Shown in pieces: positions 39,256 through 48,400 of a stretch of DNA of 64,000 nt (within the stretch, counting starts at the first letter, position 1; every line of letters starts with the position of its first letter). Location of the stretch: positions 22,869 to 86,868 of the forward strand of contig CAYUHX010000002.1 of assembly GCA_964444705.1 (NCBI GenBank), written 5' to 3'. A model generated the notes under the pieces. That model searched no databases. It was not told where the DNA came from and worked only from the letters and a program-made list of their open reading frames with translations. The stretch comes from an uncultured Gammaproteobacteria bacterium (lineage in GTDB: Bacteria > Patescibacteriota > Patescibacteriia > Magasanikbacterales > GWA2-37-8). The position numbers and the translations under genes are program-made.

Positions 39256-40989
39256 TTATTTTTTTTCAGAATTACCACCGTGCGAGCCAGGTGTTCCTTC
39301 ATTGCCGCTTCTTCGGGTGGGAAAAGCCGCTCGTAATTTTGGAACTTCTTTTTTACGAGTAAGTTCGCCCGGAGCTTTTATTTCTCCGGTTTTAAAATAA
39401 TGAACGGCTCGGCCGCGACTTTCCTCATTAAAACCAGTATTAGTAGCATTGGGTTCTAAAAACAGCGCCTGTTTTTCGGGTGGTTCGGAGAAATAGGGTG
39501 CGAGCAGCTCCAGTACTCGTTCTACATTCACTGGTTCGCCGCCGTAATCTTCTAACCCCGCCAGCATTGCTTTGGCTTTTGTTTTAAATTCAGCAAAGCG
39601 TGCAGGTAAACTTCCTCGTACCTCGGCTGAGTCGGTAAAAATAATGGTGAGCGGTTTTCCGAGGCGATCAAGTTGTGAAATTTCTTTTGCCACTTCTTTA
39701 GGAGTAGTAAAAAAACTTTCATCAATTGCTACTAATCCTTTGGTAGAGCGTTCAATTTGCGTGCCCAAGCGTTCCGACCAGTTGGCCACGCCGCCGTCAA
39801 TCGACACATTCAGGCGAGCGAGCGCCAATACCGCGGGTGAAACTGTGGCGGCTGCTCCGGGTTTAGGTTCGGCGCGGGTAAGACGTTGTTGGTCGATTGC
39901 CATTTGCATGCCAAGTTGCTCGGAAAGCAAGGCGCACAGTTCAAGCATGGGGCCAGCCTTGGTGCTGCGGTATGATACAAAGAAAAAATCGAGACCGTTT
40001 TCTTTTAAACGATTGCGCAACTCTTCGCGTAGGCGGGCAACCTTGCCCAAAAATTTTTTGACCACGGCTTGATCGGGAATTGAACGGATATCTGCTGCCA
40101 ATTGTATAATTTCATCAGCCAGCTGTTTCCACGATCCTTTCATTTCGGCTGTGAGTTCTTTAAGAGCAGTCAAACCTTCAGTTGGAGAAAGTGTTTCAGT
40201 TGTAGTTGCGCCCGCTTTTGCTGCTTTCACTTCATCAAAAGTAAAATCATCATCATCATTGAGCACGCGGCCACGGCGAATAAATTCTTGGATAATAGTT
40301 TTTCCTTCTTGTGAGAAAGAGGTAGTGCCATCGGTGGTAATGCGACACGCATTAAGCTTTCTTAGTTTAAGCACTGCATCACTGCCTTGAGTTTTAGCCA
40401 ACTGAGAAAAATAGCCTTCTTTGCCCGGTTTATCGTTGAATTTAGCGAGCTCGGCTTGGGGCCCAAACCATACCATCATAATGGGTTTTTTAGCCGCCTG
40501 CAGGGCCTCCATTTTTTCAATCACCGAATTAAATTCAGCCGGGTTGGTAAAAAATTCAGGTGTAATAAATACGGCCGCATGTGAGCAGGAAGCAATGTCT
40601 GTCGTCGTGCCCACTGCTTCTGCCGAAGTGTGAAAACGATTGCCCAGTTTGGCTGCATTTTTTAATTCGGCATCAAGGCCAGCTTTGAGTTCATTAAAAC
40701 CAACGCGTGCAGACCCCTGTTCGTCGGCAAGGGCGACGCTCGTTTCGTCTAAAGACAGATATAGTCGCGTTGGTCGCCACACCTCTTTATTTTCTCCAAG
40801 GCATACTCTGAGAGCCTCACGTAGCTGTGCCAGGCCACGCAATCGTCTGCTTCTTTCACTGGAATCAAGAAGGGGTGGGGCGTCTTTTAATGCTTCACAT
40901 TTTTGCTGCAAAGCATCAAGTTTTCGATCAATGGCCTCGCGTTGCATTTGTTCGGCCGCCGCCGCACGAGAAGATTCAAAATCGGTCAT
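39256..40989 (-). CDS. tandem TIR-like domain protein (native-style start)
   Basis: Second unit FFVSYRS...W...IERS..LVAIDESFF..PKEVAKEI...GKPL fits TIR_2; first unit AVFITPEFF...KKPI is a degenerate copy. Confidence 0.65.
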   Translation of the reverse strand: MTDFESSRAAAAEQMQREAIDRKLDALQQKCEALKDAPPLLDSSERSRRLRGLAQLREALRVCLGENKEVWRPTRLYLSLDETSVALADEQGSARVGFNELKAGLDAELKNAAKLGNRFHTSAEAVGTTTDIASCSHAAVFITPEFFTNPAEFNSVIEKMEALQAAKKPIMMVWFGPQAELAKFNDKPGKEGYFSQLAKTQGSDAVLKLRKLNACRITTDGTTSFSQEGKTIIQEFIRRGRVLNDDDDFTFDEVKAAKAGATTTETLSPTEGLTALKELTAEMKGSWKQLADEIIQLAADIRSIPDQAVVKKFLGKVARLREELRNRLKENGLDFFFVSYRSTKAGPMLELCALLSEQLGMQMAIDQQRLTRAEPKPGAAATVSPAVLALARLNVSIDGGVANWSERLGTQIERSTKGLVAIDESFFTTPKEVAKEISQLDRLGKPLTIIFTDSAEVRGSLPARFAEFKTKAKAMLAGLEDYGGEPVNVERVLELLAPYFSEPPEKQALFLEPNATNTGFNEESRGRAVHYFKTGEIKAPGELTRKKEVPKLRAAFPTRRSGNEGTPGSHGGNSEKK

Positions 40990-41066
40990 ACAGGTATAAA
41001 AAATAATTATGGTAGATAGTCAACTACCTTAATACAATCATTCTAAATAATCAATTTGAAAAAACA

Positions 41067-41095
41067 AAACCCCTATCATTATTGAGAAGGGGTTT
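41067..41095 (-). terminator. terminator after gene 41225-42319
   Basis: AAACCCCT...AGGGGTTT. Confidence 0.65.
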
Positions 41096-41112
41096 CGGAG
41101 CATCAAGTGCTT

Positions 41113-41172
41113 CTTCAGCCTCTCGTTATTACTACAAAGCGTTTATAGAAATAACGAGTCTGGAGGTTGGAG
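41113..41172 (-). repeat. 60-nt bulged hairpin, element 5
   Basis: Plus strand: CTTCAGCCTC-TCGTTATTACTACAAA-gcg-TTTATAGAAATAACGA[GTCTG]GAGGTTGGAG. Confidence 0.8.
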
Positions 41173-41224
41173 AGGCGTCGCAGCTCGTCGGTCGTGGACG
41201 GCTGGCCGACCTGGGGCGCTGTCC

Positions 41225-42319
41225 TTAGAGGGCACCGACCCGACGCATAATCTCGATCGCCGCCTTGAGGAGCGCTTCTTCCGTCGCGTTCTGGCGGCGG
41301 TCGTCCAGCCCTTCCTCACCATAAGGACCATGATCCGTCTCGCTCTCAACGTACGCGCTCGCCGCAGGCGTGTGGTCTTCGGGCCAGACGCTGATACCTT
41401 CGAAGCGTTGGTCGCTCCCGAAATCAACCGCCCGGAGCATAAGGACGAGCTCCTCGGCACCGGTTTCCGTCGGGGTGTTATCCATCGCGATGTAGTCGGT
41501 GCTCATGCACCGAACAATCAACGCGGCCCGCTCCCACAGCGACGCAATCTTGGTTGCGGGCGTGTGCTCCGTCACCCGCTCGTAGCGCAGTGGCCTTCCG
41601 CTAAAGTGTGACAGCATCCTCTCGATCATGGTGAGATCGTCCATGGCGTGGTGGAAGAGTACAAGCGGGATCTTGCTCGCCGCGATCTCCGCATCCACCC
41701 GGGTCGCCTCCTTCGCGAGATTGATCTTGTCAGCTCGCACCCCGCCGCGAGTGAGGAGTTTGAAGCCACCGTCCGTTGCTTCCGTATTGATGTTGATACG
41801 ATGCGCATCGGCGTGGGTGGCTGCCAGGTCGGCGGAATCTTTAAGGTTACGTCCCTTGGCGATGCTGATGTAGAACCCCCGTGATGCCCGGGCCGCGACA
41901 TCGTCATATTCCGCTACCTCGTTTCCGAGAAGGAACATGAGACCGTCATTTCCCTCCACCAAGGGCGCTAAGGATGCTGCCCCCCAACACACGTTGGCGA
42001 AGATGCCGAGAACGCTGGGGAATTTTCGGACCAGTCGGGTGAGGTGCGCGGGGACGAGGATGAACGGTTCCCCATCCTCAGTCGTCAGGATGATTTCCGC
42101 TTCATTGCCGTGGCCGATGAAGTGGATGATGTGGGGGCTGAAATCCGTCAGAGCATCGGACAAGGCTTCGAGCGTGCCGTCCGCACAGAAGCGGAATTCA
42201 AACTCGTTCGTTCGTCCAGCCTTTTCAAGGGCGCTGATGATTCTTTCCATCTCCCCCTGGCCCACCTTGTTTGCAGTCTTTGGAATGGCCTCGAACACTA
42301 ATACGCGAATCGGCGGCAT
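41225..42319 (-). CDS. GC-rich, SD-led CHAT (caspase-like) protease fused to a degenerate TIR-like domain
   Basis: PHIIHFIGHG and FANVC catalytic dyad; C-terminal LFHHAMDD...AALIVRCMSTDYIAMD resembles TIR beta-A/beta-C; GAGGTG before ATG. Confidence 0.75.
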   Translation of the reverse strand: MPPIRVLVFEAIPKTANKVGQGEMERIISALEKAGRTNEFEFRFCADGTLEALSDALTDFSPHIIHFIGHGNEAEIILTTEDGEPFILVPAHLTRLVRKFPSVLGIFANVCWGAASLAPLVEGNDGLMFLLGNEVAEYDDVAARASRGFYISIAKGRNLKDSADLAATHADAHRININTEATDGGFKLLTRGGVRADKINLAKEATRVDAEIAASKIPLVLFHHAMDDLTMIERMLSHFSGRPLRYERVTEHTPATKIASLWERAALIVRCMSTDYIAMDNTPTETGAEELVLMLRAVDFGSDQRFEGISVWPEDHTPAASAYVESETDHGPYGEEGLDDRRQNATEEALLKAAIEIMRRVGAL

Positions 42320-42608
42320 GTTCACCTCTCTGTTGGGATTTCAGAACTGCGGTCTTTGGCGTCCATTACCTGGAGCCTTCCGCAATAGCAACAGGGTTCT
42401 GTATAAACCCTGCTTTTATCGCGAAAGGTGTCAGGCTAGGTTTAGCCCAAGTTCACATTTTTATTTTTAAATTATGAATGAACGGTCGCAGATGTAATCC
42501 ATTCCACATGGCTCATTGATTTTTATGAGCAATCGGGAATGGAGGGGGCCGGCCGGGTGCAGAAGGCACCGGCAGCGAAGAGGCCCCACGTCCATGTGTT
42601 CTTTGTTC

Positions 42609-43646
42609 TTAGGCGGGCTGCGCAGCCGTCGGGGCCGGGCCGGCCCCGACCTGAGCCGTGGACTCGCTCTTGAACCAGGCGCCGGCGTTCGCGAGAAGCG
42701 CCTTCTCGACCAGTTCCACGAGCGCCTTGAGGTCGCTGCCCTCGTCCACCGAGATGGCGAGCGGCTCCAGCACGTTGAGGGTCTGGAGGCAGAGGGCGAG
42801 CCGAAGCTCGTCCTCCGGGCTCTGCCGCGCGGCCGAAGCGACGCCGACCAACCATCCGAGACCCGCGAGCGGCAGCACCGTCTCGAGCACCCCCAGCCCA
42901 CCGTTCAGCCACCAGACGCGGCTGGTGAGCATGGCCAGCTCCTCCTGCTTCTTGCGCAGGTAGGAGAGCTGGCCCTTGTCCACGTCCGTCAGCCTCTCGG
43001 TGACGTAGGTGGCCGGGGTCAGCAGCGCCGTTTTGAGGTTTTTCTCGATGTCAGCCATCTCATCAGAGCTGAGCTTGTCCAGCGCGCAGGTGGGGATGGC
43101 CGCTCCCACCTTGCCGATGAATTCCTCGCGGGTGAGGAGGCTGGCCCTGAACGTGAAGAGGAGGCTCTTGATCTGCTCGGACGCGACCCTGCACAGCTGG
43201 TGCACGCGTCCGTAGCGCGCCACCCCGCCCCGCAGCAGCCCCACCAGAGCAGCCAGTGCTGAAGCGCTGACCGCCGGGTGCCAGGCGTGCCAGGGGATGA
43301 GGTGGAAGCCGCAGGCCGCGATGAGCATGGTGAGAGGCAGGAGCACAATCGCTCGGCGTCGCCAACGCACGGGCTTCTCAAGCGGCGTCAGCCCCACCAC
43401 GAGGGTGAGAAGCAGGGCGCCGATGAGCGTCTCGTTGGGTAGCCAGTTCTTGGTCGCCAAGACGGCCGCCAGCACCACGATGGGCGCCAGCACCTTGACG
43501 AGGCGGTTGAGGCGCTGGGCCATGGCGTCAGCGCGACTCGCAGTCTTGCTGCACTCGCGCTGCTTGGTCGCCGCGTGCCGCAGCGCTTGGACATTGCCAG
43601 TTGTCGGGGTGTACGGTTTCGTCGCAGGAGTCGTCGGGTCGTCCAT
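42609..43646 (-). CDS. GC-rich, SD-led tandem SLATT/DUF4231-like membrane protein
   Basis: Q..CS..A + TMs + CRVASEQIKSLLFTF, then Y..ERL...QLSYLRKK + 2 TMs; GAGGTG before ATG. Confidence 0.6.
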   Translation of the reverse strand: MDDPTTPATKPYTPTTGNVQALRHAATKQRECSKTASRADAMAQRLNRLVKVLAPIVVLAAVLATKNWLPNETLIGALLLTLVVGLTPLEKPVRWRRRAIVLLPLTMLIAACGFHLIPWHAWHPAVSASALAALVGLLRGGVARYGRVHQLCRVASEQIKSLLFTFRASLLTREEFIGKVGAAIPTCALDKLSSDEMADIEKNLKTALLTPATYVTERLTDVDKGQLSYLRKKQEELAMLTSRVWWLNGGLGVLETVLPLAGLGWLVGVASAARQSPEDELRLALCLQTLNVLEPLAISVDEGSDLKALVELVEKALLANAGAWFKSESTAQVGAGPAPTAAQPA

Positions 43647-43865
43647 CTGCACCTCTTTCAGGGGTGTGGGGTTACAGGAAAAACAAATCTCTAAATAACC
43701 ATCTTATAAAGAAACACATGGATTGTAATGAGCAAAATCAGTAGGAATCTGAAAATGATGTACTACCAAACCTTTTTCAAATTCTTAAGCTGAATTTTAA
43801 GTGAGAGAGAGTTTTTAGAGAAGAAAAATTAAGTGAATGAAGAAGAAAAAAATTGAAAATTTCTG

Positions 43866-43924
43866 GGGGGCCTGATCGCCGTCGTCTGCGCGTGGGGCAG
43901 GGCGACGGCGATCAGGTGGTCTTC
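43866..43924 (-). repeat. 59-nt bulged hairpin, element 6
   Basis: Plus strand: GGGGGC-CTGATCGCCGTCGTCTGC...GCAGGGCGACGGCGATCAG[GTG]GTCTTC; the basal stem relies on plus-strand G:T pairs. Confidence 0.65.
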
Positions 43925-43958
43925 TGTACGCGCACGGGGGTGAGATGAGGTAGCGGGC

Positions 43959-44441
43959 CTAGCCGCCGCGGATGCTACCGTCGCGGAGCTGATCGTCCTC
44001 GTCGCGCGAGGGGCGGCCGTTCAGTGGCTCGTCGATGCAGCGCAGGTGCTCGTCCCGGCAGCGGTGGCTGTTGTCCAGCTCGAGGAGCTTGCTCAGCTCG
44101 ATCGCCGGGAAGCTGGACGTCCAGCTCAGCCGCCAGCCGTTGCTGTGCCAGGCGGCGACCACCGCCTTCTCCACCTCGGGGTGGCTCATCAGCTCGATGA
44201 GCTGCTGCGCCTTGTCCCGGTGCAGGTCACCGCCGAGGCCGATGAACATCGACCCTCGGTCCTGGTCCTCCATCTGCATGAAGAAGGTGATGAGCGGGTT
44301 GGCCCGCCGCACCATCTCCTGCACCTCGTGGGCGGTCAGGGGCCGCGGCTTGGGCCGGTGCGCGTCGGGGATGCCGTCCCCGTTCGCGTCGGGGAAGGTG
44401 CTGCCCGGTGAAGTTGTTTCACGATCAGGGTTCCAAGGCAT
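43959..44441 (-). CDS. GC-rich, SD-led hypothetical protein
   Basis: TTGGAGGA before ATG 44441; contains DANGDGIPD; promoter TTGACA-17-TATAAT at about 44683-44655. Confidence 0.65.
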   Translation of the reverse strand: MPWNPDRETTSPGSTFPDANGDGIPDAHRPKPRPLTAHEVQEMVRRANPLITFFMQMEDQDRGSMFIGLGGDLHRDKAQQLIELMSHPEVEKAVVAAWHSNGWRLSWTSSFPAIELSKLLELDNSHRCRDEHLRCIDEPLNGRPSRDEDDQLRDGSIRGG

Positions 44442-44779
44442 GGGTCGTCCTCCAACAGTGCATCGCCGTGGTTTCTCACAACACAAACGCTTGTGGGCGC
44501 TGTGTTCCCTATCGCCGGCGTGCGACAAGGGTAATAAACTCAAAAAAATGTAAGTTTAGTATCCTTGCCACATTTTCGGCGACACTGCGTACAAAAGAGT
44601 TATTTTTGGCTAATTTATCTGTAGTGGATAAAAAAGACACGAAAATAACTATTCATTATAGCATATTTTTACTCGTTTGTCAACGGAACCATGCGGACAA
44701 AATTTTTATATCCTGCACCATTGAATAGTTTAAAAATTATGCTATAGTGGCTAAGTATATACTTATTTTATCTTAATAT

Positions 44780-45388
44780 ATGCCCCGTGAACGAAGTTGG
44801 CCTCCGCAAGAAGGTGACGTAGACAAAAAGAAACCAAAAGAGAAGCCGGCTGAGCAACCTAAACCACCTCGAGAAAGAGCCAAGAAAAAAAATACTATAA
44901 ATGTGTACAGCGCGGATGGTCTGATTGAGGCGGCTGACCCTGGTGTAGCTACCTCAGCGGAGGAGGACGCATCCACATCTTCTGCCGCTGAAACTTCTCC
45001 AGACATTAAACTCACTCCTGAAACCGCGGAAGCGGGGCTTACAAGAGCGCTCGAATTAATACGTGCTGCACTAGAAAGATTATGTAAAGACTCGGGTAAT
45101 CGTGCCCGTTTAGAAACAAAGCTTCCCATTCCTTTAAGTAAAGGTATGGGGGAGTTACGCGGTCTTTTACTTGAGCTCACCCGTCTGTGGAAGGAAAAAA
45201 AATTAATGGAGCGATTGAATCAGGTGGCCCATCGCGGGCATATTGATTTGTGTGAACCAGATTTTGAATCTAGTTTTCCTAGCCTTGGGGCGCGATGGTT
45301 TGAAAAACCTGAAGAAGTAGACCCTGTGGATGCCATGAAAGAGGGGTCACCGGCGGGTGGGGCATCCGGCGGAAGATCGTGGGTATAA
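44780..45388 (+). CDS. hypothetical protein
   Basis: Low-complexity K/P/E N-terminus, helical C-terminus. Confidence 0.55.
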   Translation: MPRERSWPPQEGDVDKKKPKEKPAEQPKPPRERAKKKNTINVYSADGLIEAADPGVATSAEEDASTSSAAETSPDIKLTPETAEAGLTRALELIRAALERLCKDSGNRARLETKLPIPLSKGMGELRGLLLELTRLWKEKKLMERLNQVAHRGHIDLCEPDFESSFPSLGARWFEKPEEVDPVDAMKEGSPAGGASGGRSWV

Positions 45389-45405
45389 CAGTCAGAACAA
45401 CTACT

Positions 45406-48400
45406 ATGCTCTATAATGCGAATCAGGAAGAAAAAGAAATTTTAAACTGGTGGGAAAAACATGCGGTCTTCGAGCGTTCGGTGTCTGAACGCCCGGACGA
45501 CAAACCGTATGTGTTTTATGACGGCCCACCATTTGCCACCGGCTTGCCGCATTATGGGCATATTTTAAGTTCGGTGATTAAAGATGTGGTGCCACGCTAT
45601 TTCACCATGAAAGGCTATCGTGTGCCGCGCCGTTGGGGCTGGGATTGTCATGGGCTTCCCATTGAAAGCTTGGTGGAAAAAGAGTTGCAAATTACTGGCG
45701 GCAAAAAACAAATTGAGGAAGAACTAGGAGTAGAAAAATTCAATGAAGCTTGCCGTTCGAAAGTGCTGACGTATACCAAAGATTGGAAAACCATGGTCGA
45801 TCGCATTGGCCGCTGGGTGGAGTTTGATAATGCCTACAAAACCATGGATGCCACATATATGGAAAGTGTGTGGTGGGCGCTCAAAACAATTTGGGACAAA
45901 CAATTGATTTATGAAGGGAGAAAAGTGCTCATGTATTGTCCGCGCTGCGAAACACCAGTATCAAAAGCCGAGATCGCGATGGATAATAGTTATAAAGACG
46001 TGACGGAAGAATCGGCCACCGTAAAATTTAAATTAAAGGAACAAGGAACAAGGAACAAGGAACAATTTAAGGATATTAATGGACCGATTTTTGTGCTTGC
46101 GTGGACCACGACACCGTGGACATTGCCGGGGAATGTGGCGCTCGCGGTTGGGGCTGAGATTGAGTATGTGCTGCTGAAGGAACAAGGAGCAGTGAACAAG
46201 GAACGGCCAGCTCAAGAATCATCGGCATATTATGTAGTCGCGAAAGAACGTTTAGGAGTTGTTTTTAAAGATAAGTCGTACGAGATCGTAAAAGAATTTA
46301 AAGGTTCAGATTTAGCTGGTCTTGAATACGAACCACTGTTCAATTTGTCAGCTGTGAGTGCGACGGGCAAGAAAGCGCACTACATTGCCGCGGCTGATTT
46401 TGTGACGACCACTGATGGCACGGGTGTGGTGCACACGGCGGTGATTTATGGTGAAGATGATTATCAGCTGGGCGTAAAATTAGATTTACCGATGGTGCCG
46501 ATGCTTGATGCCAAGGGGCATTTCAATGAAGCGGCACCTGAATTAGTGCGAGGTGAATATTTTAAGAAAGCAGAAAAATTAATTAAAAATAATTTGGAAG
46601 AGCGCGGATTACTTTTTAAGCGTGAACAGTTTACACACTCGTATCCGCATTGTTGGCGCTGTGACACGGCGCTTATTTACAACGCCATCTCAGCCTGGTT
46701 TATTGATATTCAAAAAATTAAGCCACGCCTCCTTGCGCTGAATGAAAAAATCAATTGGTATCCAGAGCATTTGAAGCACGGCCGCTTTTTGAACATTCTT
46801 GAAACTGCGCCAGATTGGAATATTTCACGCAACCGGTATTGGGCCACACCATTGCCGTTTTGGAAGTGTAGTGAAGGAAAAAGGAAAAATGAAAAAGGAG
46901 AAAGTGTCCCATGCACGAATGTGGTGTGTGTGGGTAGTGTGGCGGACTTGAAAGCCAAGGCGCTTAATTTTGCGGAAGTATTTTCTTCAGACAAGGTGGA
47001 AGAGATTGATTTGCACAAGCATGTTGTGGATAAAATAAAGCTGAAGTGTGACGCGTGTGGTGGTGCGATGGAACGAATTCCGGAGGTGATTGATTGTTGG
47101 GTGGAGTCGGGTTCGATGCCGTTTGCCGAGTGGCATTATCCGTTTGAAAATAAAGAGGTATTTCAACAGCGTTTTCCGGGGCAATATATTGCCGAGTATA
47201 TTGCGCAAACCCGCGCCTGGTTTTATTACATGCACGTGATGGCTGTGCTTTTGTTTGATAATGTTAGTTTTGAAAACTGCGTCACCACAGGCAATGTGTT
47301 GAACGAAAAAGGCGAAAAGCTTTCTAAGTCAAAGAAAAATTATCCTGACCCGTGGGGGCTGATTGAAACCCACGGTGTTGATGCATTGCGTTTTTATCTC
47401 ATGACGAGTCCAGTGATGCAGGCCGATGATTTATTTTTCAGTGATCGTGAAGTAAAAGAAGCGTACAACAAAGTGCTCAACCTTTTGTGGAATGTGGTTG
47501 AGTTTTATCTGCTGTATGCGGGTGAATATGATGGCACCACACAAATGCACCACAGCACCAACTTGCTTGATAAATGGATTGTGGCCAAAGCCAACCTTTT
47601 GGTAAAAGAAGTGACTGAACACATGGATCATTATGATACGGTTAAAGCCGGTCGCCCAATTAAAGATTTTGTTGATGAGCTTTCTACGTGGTATTTGCGC
47701 CGCAGCCGTGAACGTTTGAAAGGTGAAGACCAGCAAGGCAAGCAGCACGCACTCGCTACACTTCATCATGTGCTACTCGTGCTGGCAAAAGTCATGGCAC
47801 CATTCACTCCATTCATGGCGGAAAAAATCTATCAAGAATTAAGGAACAAGGAGCAAGGAACAAGGAGTGTTTTTAAAGAAAGTGTCCACCTTGAGGATTG
47901 GCCTCATTTCCATGAAGAGCATCATCATGAAAAAGTATTAGAAGAAATGATTGCTGTACGAAAGATTGTAGAAATGGGTCTGGCGCTTCGGGCTGAGCAT
48001 AAACTCAAAGTGCGCCAGCCGCTCTCTGAGCTGCGTATCAACAACGACCACTTGCCGCATGAGCTTTTAAATATTGTTGCCGAAGAATTGAATGTAAAAA
48101 AAGTGGAATACGCTGAGTTTGTTGAAGGTGATGAGTGGAAAGAAAAGAAAGATGGTGCGGTGTGTGTGTGGCTTAATACGCTCCTTGATGATACGCTGAA
48201 AGTAGAGGGAGTATTACGTGAAATAATTCGGGCGATTAATCAACTGCGCAAAGAGCAGGGTCTCACTATTCACGATCGGGTGGAGGTGTGGTATGCGGTA
48301 GCTGGTTCACGGTTGGCGGATATTTTTCAGACGCACGCGGCGGAAATTCAAGCCGCCACGCTTGCCAACGAGCTCGCAGCCACAACTCTCTCCACAGAAA

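Noticed and set aside
2571-43924. Classical integron (attC cassette array)
   Set aside because: No intI in the window, the units are dispersed and have their own promoters, and RYYYAAC/GTTRRRY ends are absent from elements 1, 3, 5 and 6.
37297-43924. G:T pairs favouring plus-strand folding as evidence for a functional strand
   Set aside because: The bias follows the plus strand regardless of gene orientation and is mixed in elements 1, 3 and 4; replication-strand G+T skew could explain it.
37538-44553. Many long overlapping alternative ORFs in the GC-rich genes (also 6176-6925)
   Set aside because: Expected shadow ORFs of high-GC3 coding sequence; they are R/A/P-rich with no SD or motifs.
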